Shown here: piece by piece, positions 10,781-24,300 of the stretch
Layout of the letters: the number at the start of each line of letters is the position of its first letter
Position numbering within the stretch: position 1 is the stretch's first letter
Assembly (NCBI RefSeq): GCF_964355755.1
Contig: NC_092678.1
Coordinates: 8,944,422-9,008,421, forward strand
Source: Antedon mediterranea
Lineage: Eukaryota > Animalia > Echinodermata
DNA length: 64,000 bases
Direction of reading: 5' to 3'
Notes under the pieces: generated by a model
What the model saw: the letters and a program-made list of their open reading frames with translations, nothing else
The model's database searches: none
What the model was told of the DNA's origin: nothing
Translations under genes and position numbers: made by a program

Positions 10781-13001
10781 TGAATAAAGAAAGTTACTGT
10801 CAGCGAATCTTTTCAGTAGCATGCAGACAATCATCACTATCATTTCGTTTAAGTTTCACAATTGCTTATCAACAGTGTGAAGTTTCTCACTACGTTTTTT
10901 TAAAGCGTATTAAGAAATATTAAATAATTTTGTATAATCATTACTGTATAGTGAAAGAGAATTTTATATTGTTGTTGATTGAAATGGTAGGCCTAAATAT
11001 GCGATATCGTATTTTATAGTTTTATAAATCGTACATTTTCTGGAACTTGTTCACTGCCAACTGTAATCTTTTATTTGTATTCTAAATTGTTTGTCAAATT
11101 GGCCTTCAAACGATAGCACCAACTTCTCTTGAACATACTAAATATTTCTTACAAAAACGCCGCTCGACTTTTTGACAGTTTTGATTATTGTTTTTCTTCG
11201 GTAATTCTGCTTTTTTTAATTGATATTCTATTTAAAAACATATTCAATTCAATTATTTTTGTTTAACAGAAGTAAACATGCTGTGTAACGTAAATATAGT
11301 CTGAAATGAACAAAGTCCGTGGCCTACTGTACAGAACAAAAATATCAGATAAACTTCTGTATAGTACTGTATTCCGGGGTGGGGTCGTTACTCCGACCCA
11401 CATAGCCCAACATCTAAGTAAACACATTTTTTTTTATTTTCCAGCCGTCGACAATTGTACTCACTAATCAAACAATTCTTCATCTATAAGCTTCCACGTG
11501 ATACAGTTGAGTTAACTAATGATTCCGTCGTCCTCTTAAATATAACTACCTAGGGCGGTGCAAAAACATCCCATTATTAATTACGTCAATGACGAGCACG
11601 TTATTAAAACGATATATAGTTTTTTTTTTGTATTTTAAAGTATTACAGTCAATACTATCTATATATAAATTTACGTAAGAGCAAAATTCGGTAAATCGCG
11701 CGTTTTTTCTAGAATGTTTACTCGATGGTATATACAGTTGGTTAGAATCTCGGTACTGATTTTAACCACCTGATGTAACCCTGTTTACTAATTAAATTGA
11801 GTTAGATAATTAGTTATTGACAATTAAAACGAATTTAGGTTCAACGATTTGCCCCAAATAGGGGTGTTTTTCGATCGTGGTATACACTGTCTAATGGATG
11901 TCCGGTTGAACAGCTCGAGTACAGCATCATAATGTTGAAGACAGGCCGCTTTTCTTTAAAAAATACTATTTTGATAGATTTAATATACGTTTATACAAAT
12001 GTATTGATTTGCGATGAATGGAACATTCCAATCTCTGTTCCACAAGTGTCTATTCCCTCAGGCGTCGTAAAGGCAAGTAGGCCTACTGTATACTCATAAC
12101 AGAAATTCGATCCATTTTTTTTCAATCTGTGCTGCAGAGGTTGGATATAATTTTTTTTTAACGGATAATGAGCTAGCGTTTTCAGTCGCCGTATATTATG
12201 TACAAATCTTTATTATTGCATTTAAACCACCCACATCATCACCCTTCCCTCACTGGCATGAGTAGCGTTGTAAAGCCAGTAGAGGATAGGCCTACGGTAC
12301 ATCACATCCCCTAAACGCAGAACAACTTTGGTGGGTAGGGTAACCAACTTAAGTATGAATTGGCTCTAAGAAACAATTGAAAACCATTACGCCTACTAAT
12401 AAAGTTGAGTTAGATAATTTAATTTTTATTCGATTTTAAATCGATTTTATGATTTACATTATATAAACATACACGTCGTAGTGATGTATCGTTACATGTA
12501 CTGTACTATTTCAATCGACTAGGACGGTGATAGTTTCAACAAAGTATTACATAGCAATGTTTTACTGTGTTTAGTGATATATTATTTGTAAAACATGAAA
12601 ACAGTTAATATTTCGTTACTAAATGGATAAAGAATATATTTAATATATTTAAAAATTGTTCCTCTTTGCACCCATCCTCTTCCCCATCCCTCACCCCTAA
12701 TGTTACATACAAAACACAAATTAAGTTTGTTTAAATTTGACTTAAACAATTGGTCTCATTTTGTGACAAGGTTCTCTTTCCAGAAGTAATTCTCAGGGTG
12801 CTAATTTTAGTTGAGTACATAAATCAGTGTCTATTTATTCGTTCCTGTAAACGACATGTATTATTGTACGTACATTTGAAATCGCCAGTTTTTTAACGCT
12901 GAAATTATTATGTATTCGAGAACCACAGACACAGAACATTAGTAGACCTAGTTCTAAACCGGTGAAATACTAAACATTAATCAATTAATAATTAATTTTA
13001 T

Positions 13002-13352
13002 TTAGGCCGTATAAAACAGTTCCACCGTACAACTCTTGCGTTTGATTGAGAGGAAGTCATCACAGGAGTAAGGGCGGTAACATACGCATGCGTAAAGGCA
13101 AGTAGACAAGACAATTGATTCTTGTGCCGTATAAAACAGTTCAAAGGTACAACCCATGTTTGATTGAGAGGAAGCCATCACAGGAGTAAGGGTTGTAAGA
13201 TATCCATGCGTAAAGGCAAGCAGACAAGACAATTGATTCTTGTGCCGTATAAAACGGTTCAACGATACAATCCATGTTTAATTGAGAGGGAGCCATCAGG
13301 GTGGGTGGTAAGATACCCATGCGCAGAGGCAAGTAGACAAGACAATTGATTC
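13002..13352. repeat. Three diverged ~120-bp tandem units
   Basis: gccgtataaaac at 13006, 13126, 13245; agacaagacaattgattct ends each unit. Confidence 0.9.
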
Positions 13353-14117
13353 TACAAAAAAAAAGTTTTATTTAAAAGATAATAATTTTCAGACAACATA
13401 ACAATGTTATACACACGAGATAAAACAATACGCTCAATGAATGGTGATAGTCTATACACACCACGTAAACAAATACAGTATATTTACAGAAATAAAAAAA
13501 AACATTTTCTCAATGGTTTTTTATAACAACTTAAGTACGACAATTGTATTATAAGGGAGAAGAGTGAGATTAACATACTCACTCTTGTCTGATACTATAC
13601 GCTAGCTACACCACTGTCTGGAATACAGCAACTTGGTCAATTAAACTGCAAATGTCTGGGAAATATGAATTTGTGGATAATTTTACAGAGCAGTGGATAA
13701 TTTTACAGAGCATTGGATAATGCATAAACTATTATGTTTGAAGCATAATTGCAATACCGGTACGGCATGCAAACGTAACCATAACCATAAACAAAAGAAA
13801 ATGAATGTAATCAAATTAAATTAAACAATAACAGTACTGTTTATTGTGTTGTTGTGCAAGTCATTTACAAGTTTGACAAAAAAAGAAGGAAGCCCTAGTG
13901 ATATTTAACGCTTTGTTCATCTTTAAGAAAAAATATACTGTACCGATAAACCTTATGAACAGAATATAATTTGAAACAATCAATCACTTGCGCTTACATC
14001 TCTTGTTCGGAGTTTGTCTTTTATAATATTTATTATTAATGTTATTGATAAATAATTATCGTTATAAATATAATAATATACTAGTGGCCATTTCATCGCA
14101 ATCTATTATAACCATGG

Positions 14118-17100
14118 TTAATATGCATGTCGCCATGTTGATGGACCATACGTTGCAAGATTTTGACTTTGTTGATTGTTATCATGCATGTCTTGGTCAA
14201 AATAAAGATTCTGCTGGTTTGGTTGACAATTTGAAATATTTTGTGGAATCTCTAAATTGTGTTGGTTACCATACCATGGAGTATTCAGATGGTTGTTGGG
14301 TATATCAAGTTCATTGTTGTTTTCCTGCTTCGTGTTAGGTTCATTGCATCGGATATTTGTTTGATTATGCATTTCACTTATTTGGTGGTTGTCATTGTTT
14401 AAAATCAGTTCAACATTCTGCTGCCGGAGTTCTACGTTCTCAATAACTATTCTTCCATTTTGATATAAGACATGTTTTTCCACATTTCGTTTATTACACA
14501 TTATATGTTGATTGTTGTGAAGTTCAGTATGTGGATGAATCTGTTGGGGGATATTAGACCCATTCGGTGTATTATTCATCATTCCACCACATTGGTTAGC
14601 TGGCACCTCAAATTGTTGATGGTTGTCGATCATCGACATTTCCGGGTTATTGTTTATTAGCATTCTCTGTTGATTGTTGTTAATTATTGCTGTCAGTTCT
14701 TGTTTTAAAAGGATCTCAATTTTCTGTTGAGTTCTTAGTATTCCTGTTTCAAGTTGATCTCTATTTACTGATATAAACTCATTCATCACTGGTATACATT
14801 GTTGGCTGCTGACAGGTTGATCCATAATATGAAAGTTTCTAATACCTCTTTCTATTTGCTGGTTACCATGTATTGACATATTTTGTTGGCTTCTTGGATC
14901 ACCCGTGAAGGTGTGTTGGTTGATAGGTATTGACATACACTGTTGGTTTCTTGGATCTCCACCCATTTTTTGCTGGTTGCCATGCATTGGTATACACTGA
15001 TGGCTTCTTGGATCTCCGGCCATGTGTTGCTGGTTGTAATGCATTGCCACACATGGTTGGTTTCTTAAATCTCCACCCATTTGTTGCTGGTTGCCATGCA
15101 TTGGCATAAACTGTTGGTTTCTTGGATCTCCACCCATTTGTTGCTGGTTGCCATGCATTGGCACAAATGGTTGGTTTCTTGGATCTCCACCCATTTGTTG
15201 CTGGTTGCCATGCATTGGCACACATGGTTGGTTTCTTGGATCTCCACCCATTTGTTGCTGGTTGACATGCATTGGCGCACATGGTTGGTTTCTTGAATCT
15301 CCACCCATTTGTTGCTGGTTGCCATGCATTTGCATACACTGTGGGTTTCTTGGATCTCCACCCATTTGTTGCTGGTTGCCGTGCATTGTCACACATGGTT
15401 GGTTTCTTGGATCAACACCAATGTGTTGCTGGTTGCCATGCATTGGCGCACATGGTTGGTTTCTTAAATCTCCACCCATTTGTTGCTGGTTTCCGTGCAT
15501 TGGCACACATGGTTGATTTCTTGGATCTCCACCCATTTGTTGCTGGTTGACATGCATTGGCGCACATGGTTGGTTTCTTGGATCTCCACCTATTTGTTGC
15601 TGGTTGACATGCATTGGCACACATGGTTGGTTTCTTGGATCTCCACCCATTTGTTGCTGGTTGCCATGCACTGGCACACATGGTTGATTTCTTGGATCTC
15701 CACCCATTTGTTGCTGGTTGACATGCATTGGCGCACATGGTTGGTTTCTTGAATCTCCACCCATTTGTTGCTGGTTGACATGCATTGGCATACACTGTTG
15801 GCGTCTTGGATCTGCACCCCTTTGTTGCTGGTTGGTATGCATTGGCAAACATGGTTGGTTTCTTGGATCTTCACCACTGTTTTGCTGGTTGACATGCATT
15901 GGCGCACATGGTTGGTTTCTTGAATCTCCACCCATTGGTTGCTGGTTGCCATGCATTGGCACACATGGTTGGTTTCTTGGATCTTCACCAATGTGTTGCT
16001 GGTTGCCATGCGTTGGCACACATGGTTGGTTTCTTGGATCTGCACCCATTTGCTGCTGGTTTCCATTCATTGGCATACATTGTTGGCTTCTTAGATCTGC
16101 ACCCCTTTGTTGCTGGTTGCCATGCATTGGCACACGTGGTTGGTTTCTTGGATCTTCACCAATGTGTTGCTGGTTGCCATGCGTTGGCACACATGGTTGG
16201 TTTCTTGGATCTCCACCCATTTGTTGCTGGTTGCCATGCATTGGCAAACATTGTTGGCTTCTGGGATTTCCACCCATTCGTTGTTGGTTGCCATGAATTG
16301 GCACACATGGCTGGTTTCTTGGATCTCCACCAATTTGTTGCTGTTTGCCATGCATTGGCACACATGGTTGGTTTCTTGGATCTCCACCCATTTGTTGCTG
16401 GTTGCCATGCATTGGCATACACTGTTGGCTTCTTGGATCTTTACCCACACTTTGATGGTTACTATGCATGTTATGTTGCATAAGTTGCTGGTTACCATTT
16501 TCCGCAAAGCGCAGTCGATTGCCTGCTCGAATGTGGCTCTTTTGTATGTTATGTCTTTTGTATATAGATCTTAACCTGGAGAACTTCCATGTTTTATATT
16601 TATCTTGTACAGATTTAGAATGACGAGACCTATCAATGGTGTGACGTACTTGGGCACTATTATGATGTCGATACTTATTCTGTCTATCATAATTAATCCT
16701 TGTTGCTCTAATTTTGTGTTCACTACGTCTGTCTTTAGTGTCATGACCTTCTTTATAATTACTCTTTTCTTTCATTGAATCAACAATTGGTTTGCTTTTT
16801 TCCTTGAATCTGTAAGCCTTATCACTTCTCAAATTTGAAACCTTTTGTTTTTTTATCTCGTATCTATTTTTATCATTACGTGGATGGTGTTTTGTTGATG
16901 TCATGTCATCTTTTTTTGTGATTTCATCATATCTTCTAAAATTTCTTGTTTTAAAGTTATTTTCTTTTTTAACTATGACACTTCTTAACACATCTTGTGT
17001 TTTCTTTCTAGCTTTTTCACTAACTTCAACTTTTCTAATTGGAATATCATTAGGTCCCTTTGTAATTTTAATTTGAATATCTTCAATATGTCTACGTCTG

Positions 17101-18372
17101 TGATCACTTTCATTACTTGCTTCTTGTTTTCTGTTGTGCAGTTTCTCACCAGCATCATCAACTTTTCCACTTTCTTCAATATCATGCCTCCTTTTAGTAA
17201 CAAGTTTATTTTTATCCTTACTTTCAATGTTGCTCATTACATCGGTCTCCTTTTTTATTTCTCTTACCATAGTGCGGACATCAATATTCACTTTTCTAGT
17301 CTCAGCTTTGCTGTGCATATTTGTAAGTTTAACGTGAATATCTTCAATATGTCTACGTCTGTGATCACTTTCATTACTTGCTTCTTGTTTTCTGTTGTGC
17401 AGTTTTTTACCAGCATCATCAACTTTTCCACTTTCTTCAATGTCATTCCTCCTTTTAGTAACATGTTTATTTTGATCCTTACTTTCAATGTTGTTCATTA
17501 GCTTAATCTCATTTTTCATTTCTCTTACCATGGCGCTGTCTTCCATATTTACTTTTCTAGTCTCAGCTTTGGTGTGCATGTTTGTAACTTTAACTTGAAT
17601 ATCTTCAATATGTCTCCATCTACATTTTTGATCACCACCTTCACTAGAACTTCCTGTTTCCTTTTTTCCATCAAGCAGTTTTTTCTTTCCTTGTTCGTTT
17701 TGCTTCTTAGCATTGTATTTATCTTCATTTTCACAATAACTTTTGCATGCACCATCATTGCTGTCATTTGGTAAACATGTTTCATTCTTGATGTAAACAT
17801 TTTTAACATCTAATACTTGCTCTTTGTCTCTTTTGATTTCTTTTTTAATTATTTCTTTACAGTCGGTTTTGCATCTGCCATGCATGGTTCGCTTTTGGTC
17901 TTCTTGAAAAATCATTTCAGTGTTATTATTTTCTGTACCTTTGCATACAGTTTTATTACTGTCAGCTGGTAAAGATGGTTCAGTTTTGATTTCTTTTTTC
18001 ATATCAATTTCCTTGCCTACCCTCTTTTTTATAAAATTACACTGTGGACTAGGATTTGTTATCAGATCTATACATTCAGTTTTGCGCCTACCTAATATCT
18101 GTATGATTCGGTCACATTTTTGGTCTTCTTGAACAGCAATGAAACCATCTATTGTTTCAGTATTGCCGTTTTCTGCAACATGGCTTGATTTGTTAAAGAT
18201 TGTGACTTCTACTTGGCATTGTTCTGTTTTAACCAAGTTTTTGTCAATTAAATTTGCAGACTTCAATTGTGTTCTTGATAATTTACCATTTTCACTTTGT
18301 TCCCACTGAGAGTGCTCTGTTTTCAAGTCGGATACACATGCCTTAGTGTTTTTTTCTGCTTCACCATTGTTA
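14118..18372 (-). CDS. TASOR: TASOR-like terminal exon 19 (4.25 kb; charged region, 87-aa duplication, 19-aa DPR repeat array, Q/N-rich end)
   Basis: 1402-aa ORF with no initial Met, extended in frame to acceptor tttttcag| at 18373; stop TAA 14120-14118. Confidence 0.8.
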
Positions 18373-21300
18373 CTGAAAAATCAGTGAAAAATCATGTTAA
18401 TCGGCATAATTATTTTTTTTAACATAACATAATAATCAAAAAATATTTTTGCATACTCAAGCAACTAAAATTATCACTATTCCTTCAAAAAGAAAATAAA
18501 TGTTAAATTCCAATATGATGTATAGCTTCTTAAAGTGTTAATTCTTTAATACATACTTCTTTATAGCTAATCAATGAATCTTTGTGATAAAAAGTGTGAT
18601 TACTTCCAAAATTATGTTGAATAATTATTCTGAAATATTCTAATTTAGTACAGATTCTCAATGCTTTTAATTTGTTATGCACTTAAAGTAAAAGAGAATT
18701 TGATAGTTAACATTTAACATGGCTTCAAGGATGTAGCCAATCAAACGCGGTGAAATGAGTCACGTGTGCGCTCTTTATTTTTTCACTATCATGCACGGGA
18801 GTGTAAGAAGTGCGCAGCAAAAAGCATAACAGCACGACTGCAGGCAAATCGTATACCGATCACGCTGCACGATTTACGAGTACGAACCAGGTCCTGCATG
18901 ACGGCTCAATTAAAAAACAAACACACACCAATCTTCTACATTCTGCTCTAGACTAGACATAGGCAGACAGTGATTTGGTCACTGAGCAGTGGTGCTTGCC
19001 GTGTATAAGGTATAAGAAAAAATAGTTCATAAAACCATGTTATAAAACAAGTAATGCACAAGTCTAAATTCGTACGTTAATGCACTCTCAGGTATTCACA
19101 ATGTCGTGCAACATGCACATGTCGCAACCTGACTTGTGAATTATTTGTATACTACTGTTTAGGGTATGTAATTACAACTGACTTACTTAAAATCTATAGT
19201 GGTAATTAAATTTTGTAGAATGTTTCTATTAGCATGTCACTTTAAAATATAAAAAATATTGTTTATAATTAACCTTAACACAGAAAAGACACCATCGTGT
19301 TTGATAAAATTCTGAAATAATTTAATAGTATGAAATTTCAAGAACGAATTCTGAAATATGAAATGAATAATACAAGCACAGTACTACTACTATAACAACA
19401 TAACATACACATGTAAAATACTGATGCAGAACATGCAGAAGTGAAATATTGAAGAAATAATAATACAAACATAAGTAAACATTCATAAACAGCAAAATGA
19501 TTTTTTTTTAAAGCTATGCAAAACATAAATGGAATGTTTATAAAGGGAAACATGTTATTGGTAAACATGTAAATGTATGGTAGATGTTAATTAGTATATG
19601 TTAATGATGTAAATGGTAACACTATCAGATGAATTATCAGCTGGTAATTATGGTAAACAAAATATATATTTTTGCTGGATTCTGTAAAAAGTACTTAAAC
19701 AGGTTCATCTGCAATTTGTGCAGTGAAAAACAAAACAAACTGTAAAAATTGTGCATGCCCTAATAACAAATATTTAAAATTATATTAGACAGGTCCAAGC
19801 CAAGAAAAAACTACCATTGTCAGTGGATTTGTCATCCCAACACTATACTTTATGAAATGAGCTTGGGGGCCACCCCGATTTTTGCCCCAAATTCAAGATG
19901 GCGGCCAAAATCCAAAAATGGCTGCCAATTTGATCTAAATTGTATTGTAATGCGTATTCAATGCCCTTTTCCTTTTTAGACACGATATGTCATCCTAAGA
20001 ATATTACCTATAAATGAGTATTTCACTTCCGACTCAAAATCCAGATGGCCGACATAATTTAAGATGGCTGCCAATTTGATCTAAATTGTATTTACAATGC
20101 CTGCTAAAAAAATGCCCTTTAAAAACTTTTTAGAGTGGATATGTCATCCTCAGCACACATAATATTGAGAAGTTATAGTAGGGTCTCTGAGACACCACTA
20201 TAAAGAACAAAATATTTTGAAGTTTTAGTAGAGTCTCTGAGACACCACTATCAAGAACACAATATTGAGAAGTTTTAGTAAGGTCTTTGAGACACCGCTA
20301 TTATAGTTCCTAGTTCATTTTATTTGTCAAAAAGGAAATTCATGTTGACACACAAATGCTCAAAATTAGTCGAAGATTAGTAACATAGAAAATGACAATA
20401 ATATTTGAAGAAAAATAACACAGGTACAAAATTACTCTGATAAACAATGAATGAACGTAGTTGATTAAACAGCCTGATTGAATGTGTGGAATAAAATATT
20501 AAATTAAGGAAGCGTTTGTTCTACCTCGGGGAATCGCCTTCCAGATCTTAACCATTGATAATTACTATGAGTGGATGGGCCTTGTCTTTCATTATGATAC
20601 TAACTTTATCATAAACTTTAACATTATCAATCATGATTAAAATTGTCTGATTAATAATTCTACATGCCTTATTTACTAAACATTGTACATTCTTTAGGTC
20701 TGATTTCCTTAAGCTACTGAACCATATCAAACAGCTATAATCCAAAACACTTTGCATAACCGACTTATAAAACAGACCTAGTATTTGTCAACATTAAATG
20801 AGTTTAATTTTCTTAAAAAGTATAATCTGGTGTTACCTAGACCTAATTAAATTGCATTGTTCTCTCCAATTAAGTTTGTCGTCAATTACCATACCTAGAT
20901 ATTTATACTTGGATACAATATTGAGAAGTTGTAATCAACTTTCTGTTTGTTGAAAAGAGAGATCTTATTTATCTTCTCGATATTGTGGGCGGTCTCTTTA
21001 TTTCATAAAGTATAGTGTTGGGATGACAAATCCACTGAGAAAACCTTGAAAGCAGTTTTTCCTGGTTTGGATCTGTCTATGTGATGAAACATTAACACAA
21101 GGCTTTTGCATTAGAAACAAAGATAAACTTAATCCATTAATCAACAACATACTGTTTATTACAAAACACAATCTGTTTTTTCATTTGGCTTTTTAAAGAA
21201 CACATTAGTAACAAACATCACAGAACCATGCAGAAAACCATCAATACATTATTAAAGTGCGGATGTCTGCAATTTACATCTACATTACAATACAGAACAG

Positions 21301-24300
21301 ATCAAAATGCGCTCAATCAAAGTTGTATACCTTCAACAAAACTAAGCGTTTGCAACCTTTAAAACATTCTTCTGTAAAAATAAGGTATGTAGTTTTAAAG
21401 AGTTTCTTCATATAATAATAATAATTAATAATCATGCACATATCATTAAATAAAACAATATAAGAACCCTTTTAGTTTGTAAAGCCCAGCCTGTTATATA
21501 TGAACAAAGAAATTATATAATAATTATAATAGTGTGTTAATTGCAGACCGATAATTCGTATTCCTAATAAAATTCCTCCAAAAGTTTGATAAAGCAAGAT
21601 CCAGGGTTGGCACAATCATCACTAACATTTGAATGTGCACAGATCTGTATTTTTTCCATAATTCCAGGCAATGCTGCCTGCATTTAGGCCATAGACATAT
21701 AGATCGAAAATATTTTACTTTTTGAACATAGTGCATTTTTTTATACAAATCTGTATGTACACGTACTTCATACAAAATTGGTGAAAAAAAACTGTATACT
21801 ATCAATAAAATAATTTTTTCATCAAGGATAAAAATGAATTCTTTCATTAACATTGATAAGTTTTTTATCCTCTAGTAGATATACAATTGAGTACAGTATA
21901 CTGTGTGCAAAAGGATTACCAAAATTTAATTCCAAATTATTATGTCATCATCCATTACGAGAGAGTTTTACCTTCACCAAAAACTTATTAAATTGTTTAT
22001 GAAGTTGAACATAATTTGCATTTTTTTAAATGATTTTGAATGCTGTAAATGTAAAATTTACAGAACGTGGTATAATTTAGATATAAATATATTTTAATAC
22101 TTAAAACACTAAAGAAAAGCATTGAGAACCTTTTGTTTTTTCTAAATTGATTATTTAAAATAAACATTTTTGTTGGAACAAGAGCTGTTAAATCTGTTCA
22201 TGCCTATGCCTATTGTTTGCTCCTAGCAAGATGCTTAATATGCCAAATAAATATTATTATTATTATTAAGTTGTTCAAGATTATATAATTAATGTATTGC
22301 ATTGTTGGCAAAAACTTAAAAATATGAAATTGTAAGTATAGCAAGGAAATGAACAGTTTACTTTGAATAGTGGTATTATCATGTGATCTGAGCAAGCAAG
22401 AACAAATCCTCACCTTGTATCTTGGATATTACTTGTGTTTATGCGGCCCTGGACACCGAGACTACTATCTAACCCGAGAATTACAGATGTAACCTTTATT
22501 AAGAAAAATATTTTTAAAAATAAATTATGTACATGAATCATACTACTGTAATTTGTAAAAAGAATATACTGTATATTACTGTTTTCCGTAACCACAAATA
22601 GATGTAGGCACTACCTTAATTTAGTAAAAAACTAAAGTGTATGTTATTTGTCATACGGAAAAATGTTAAAAAGCTTCATTTTTTAAAAGCTTATATTTGT
22701 TAGATCTGCTCACACATGGTATTACATAAACATGCGACATTATCAAAGTTGAGGTACTCAAAAACAACAATTAAAGCCTAACGTTTAAAATCAAAGGTAC
22801 ATCACCAGCGATTTCAATCATGTATTGGACAGCATCAAAATCACTAATGCATCAGCAAGATCTGGATTTGACTGCTTACGTATCCAGAGATAAAAACAAC
22901 TCAACACAATGCTAAACTGTAAACACCAAAAATGTGTATGCCTTATTGATATGAGTTCAGTTCCTTAACATATTGCTTTATTTGAATAGTCATTCCATGC
23001 ATTTTAAACAATGTAATGATGAACTCTAAATCATCATTTTTACACCTGGGTGGAAAGAGGCAAACATAAGTGTCTTGCATATCGATACAAGCATGCGCTG
23101 ATAGTTGGATTCAAACTCACAATCTCACAATCAGTAATCCAACATCCAACACACTGCACCATACGCAGTTAACATAGATATGAAGATGATTTACCTTTTG
23201 AACTGATCTGGCAGGACTTGCAATTGTTTGATCTCCGTTTAAACTTATTGATAATTTACATTGATCATCCATTTGGTGACAACTTCCCAAATTAAGAGAG
23301 GTGGGATCCTTTGGAAAAATACCAATCATTTGTTGTGGTTTTGATCTTGACTGTGGTTTATTAGACCAACCATCAATCTCTTCTTGTTCTGGTGGATGAA
23401 TAGAACAATTTGGTACATCAGCAACAAGGTTCAAGTTACACTTTACATTGTTTACTTCCTTCGATTGAACAGATTCAAGACTATCTAATTGTTTACCACT
23501 TTTTAATATAGATGCAGGTTCCTTTAAAGTAACATCGACCACATTCCGAGTTTCTGATCTTGATTCTTGTTTGGTATCCGAATAACTATCAAGCTTTTCT
23601 TGTTTTGATGGATGTAAAGAAGGAGTCTGAGTAGTTTGTATGTCAGAAACAAGTTTCAAGTTACAATGGACGTTGTTAACTTCTTTTGATCGAACTAACA
23701 TTGGACGATTTGAGATACGACTTTCAATTTGCTTCACATTAGTCTTCAAACTCTTACACGCTGCAGCTCCAATAACAGGAATAGGTGCTCCTTCGGCAAC
23801 AACATTTTTATTACAAGTAATATCATGCACCATTGGTTTTTGCGGTATCGCTTTTTCCTTGCTAATAAATATTGAACTTGATTTTGTCAAATTCAGTTTG
23901 ATGGGCTTAATCTTTGGCAGCTTCTTGGTAGCTACGTTATCTTCATCTTTCACGGTGCAACCTTTTCTCTCTGGTCCATCTTTTAAGTCAACATTCTCAT
24001 GGTCAGATAATGTTTTTGAATCAACTTCATGAAATGTTTTTACAAATGATTTGAGATCTCCTTGTCTATGAGACATAATTTCATCCTGAATATCATTTGA
24101 AATATTTGGTTTAAATTCCACTGCACTTGCTTTAGTAAAAGGAACAGCAGGTACATCATAATTATACAATTCGTACAATTTTTTACATTTTTCTCGGAAT
24201 GAACCAGACTCAAACGTTTTCTTACATCCAATCTTCTCTACTTCTTCAAAAAGTAGCTTATCTTCTATATCCGAGACGGACACTGTATCTGACGTTGTTT

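Noticed and set aside
13002-13349. Short ORFs in the 120-bp repeats
   Set aside because: Frames shift between units; no coding signature
14852-16574. Many overlapping Cys/Trp-rich ORFs on both strands
   Set aside because: Alternative frames of the 57-bp coding repeat; only the 1402-aa frame is continuous
21524-21853. 109-aa minus-strand ORF in intron 18
   Set aside because: No recognisable motif and not needed for phase continuity between exons 18 and 19
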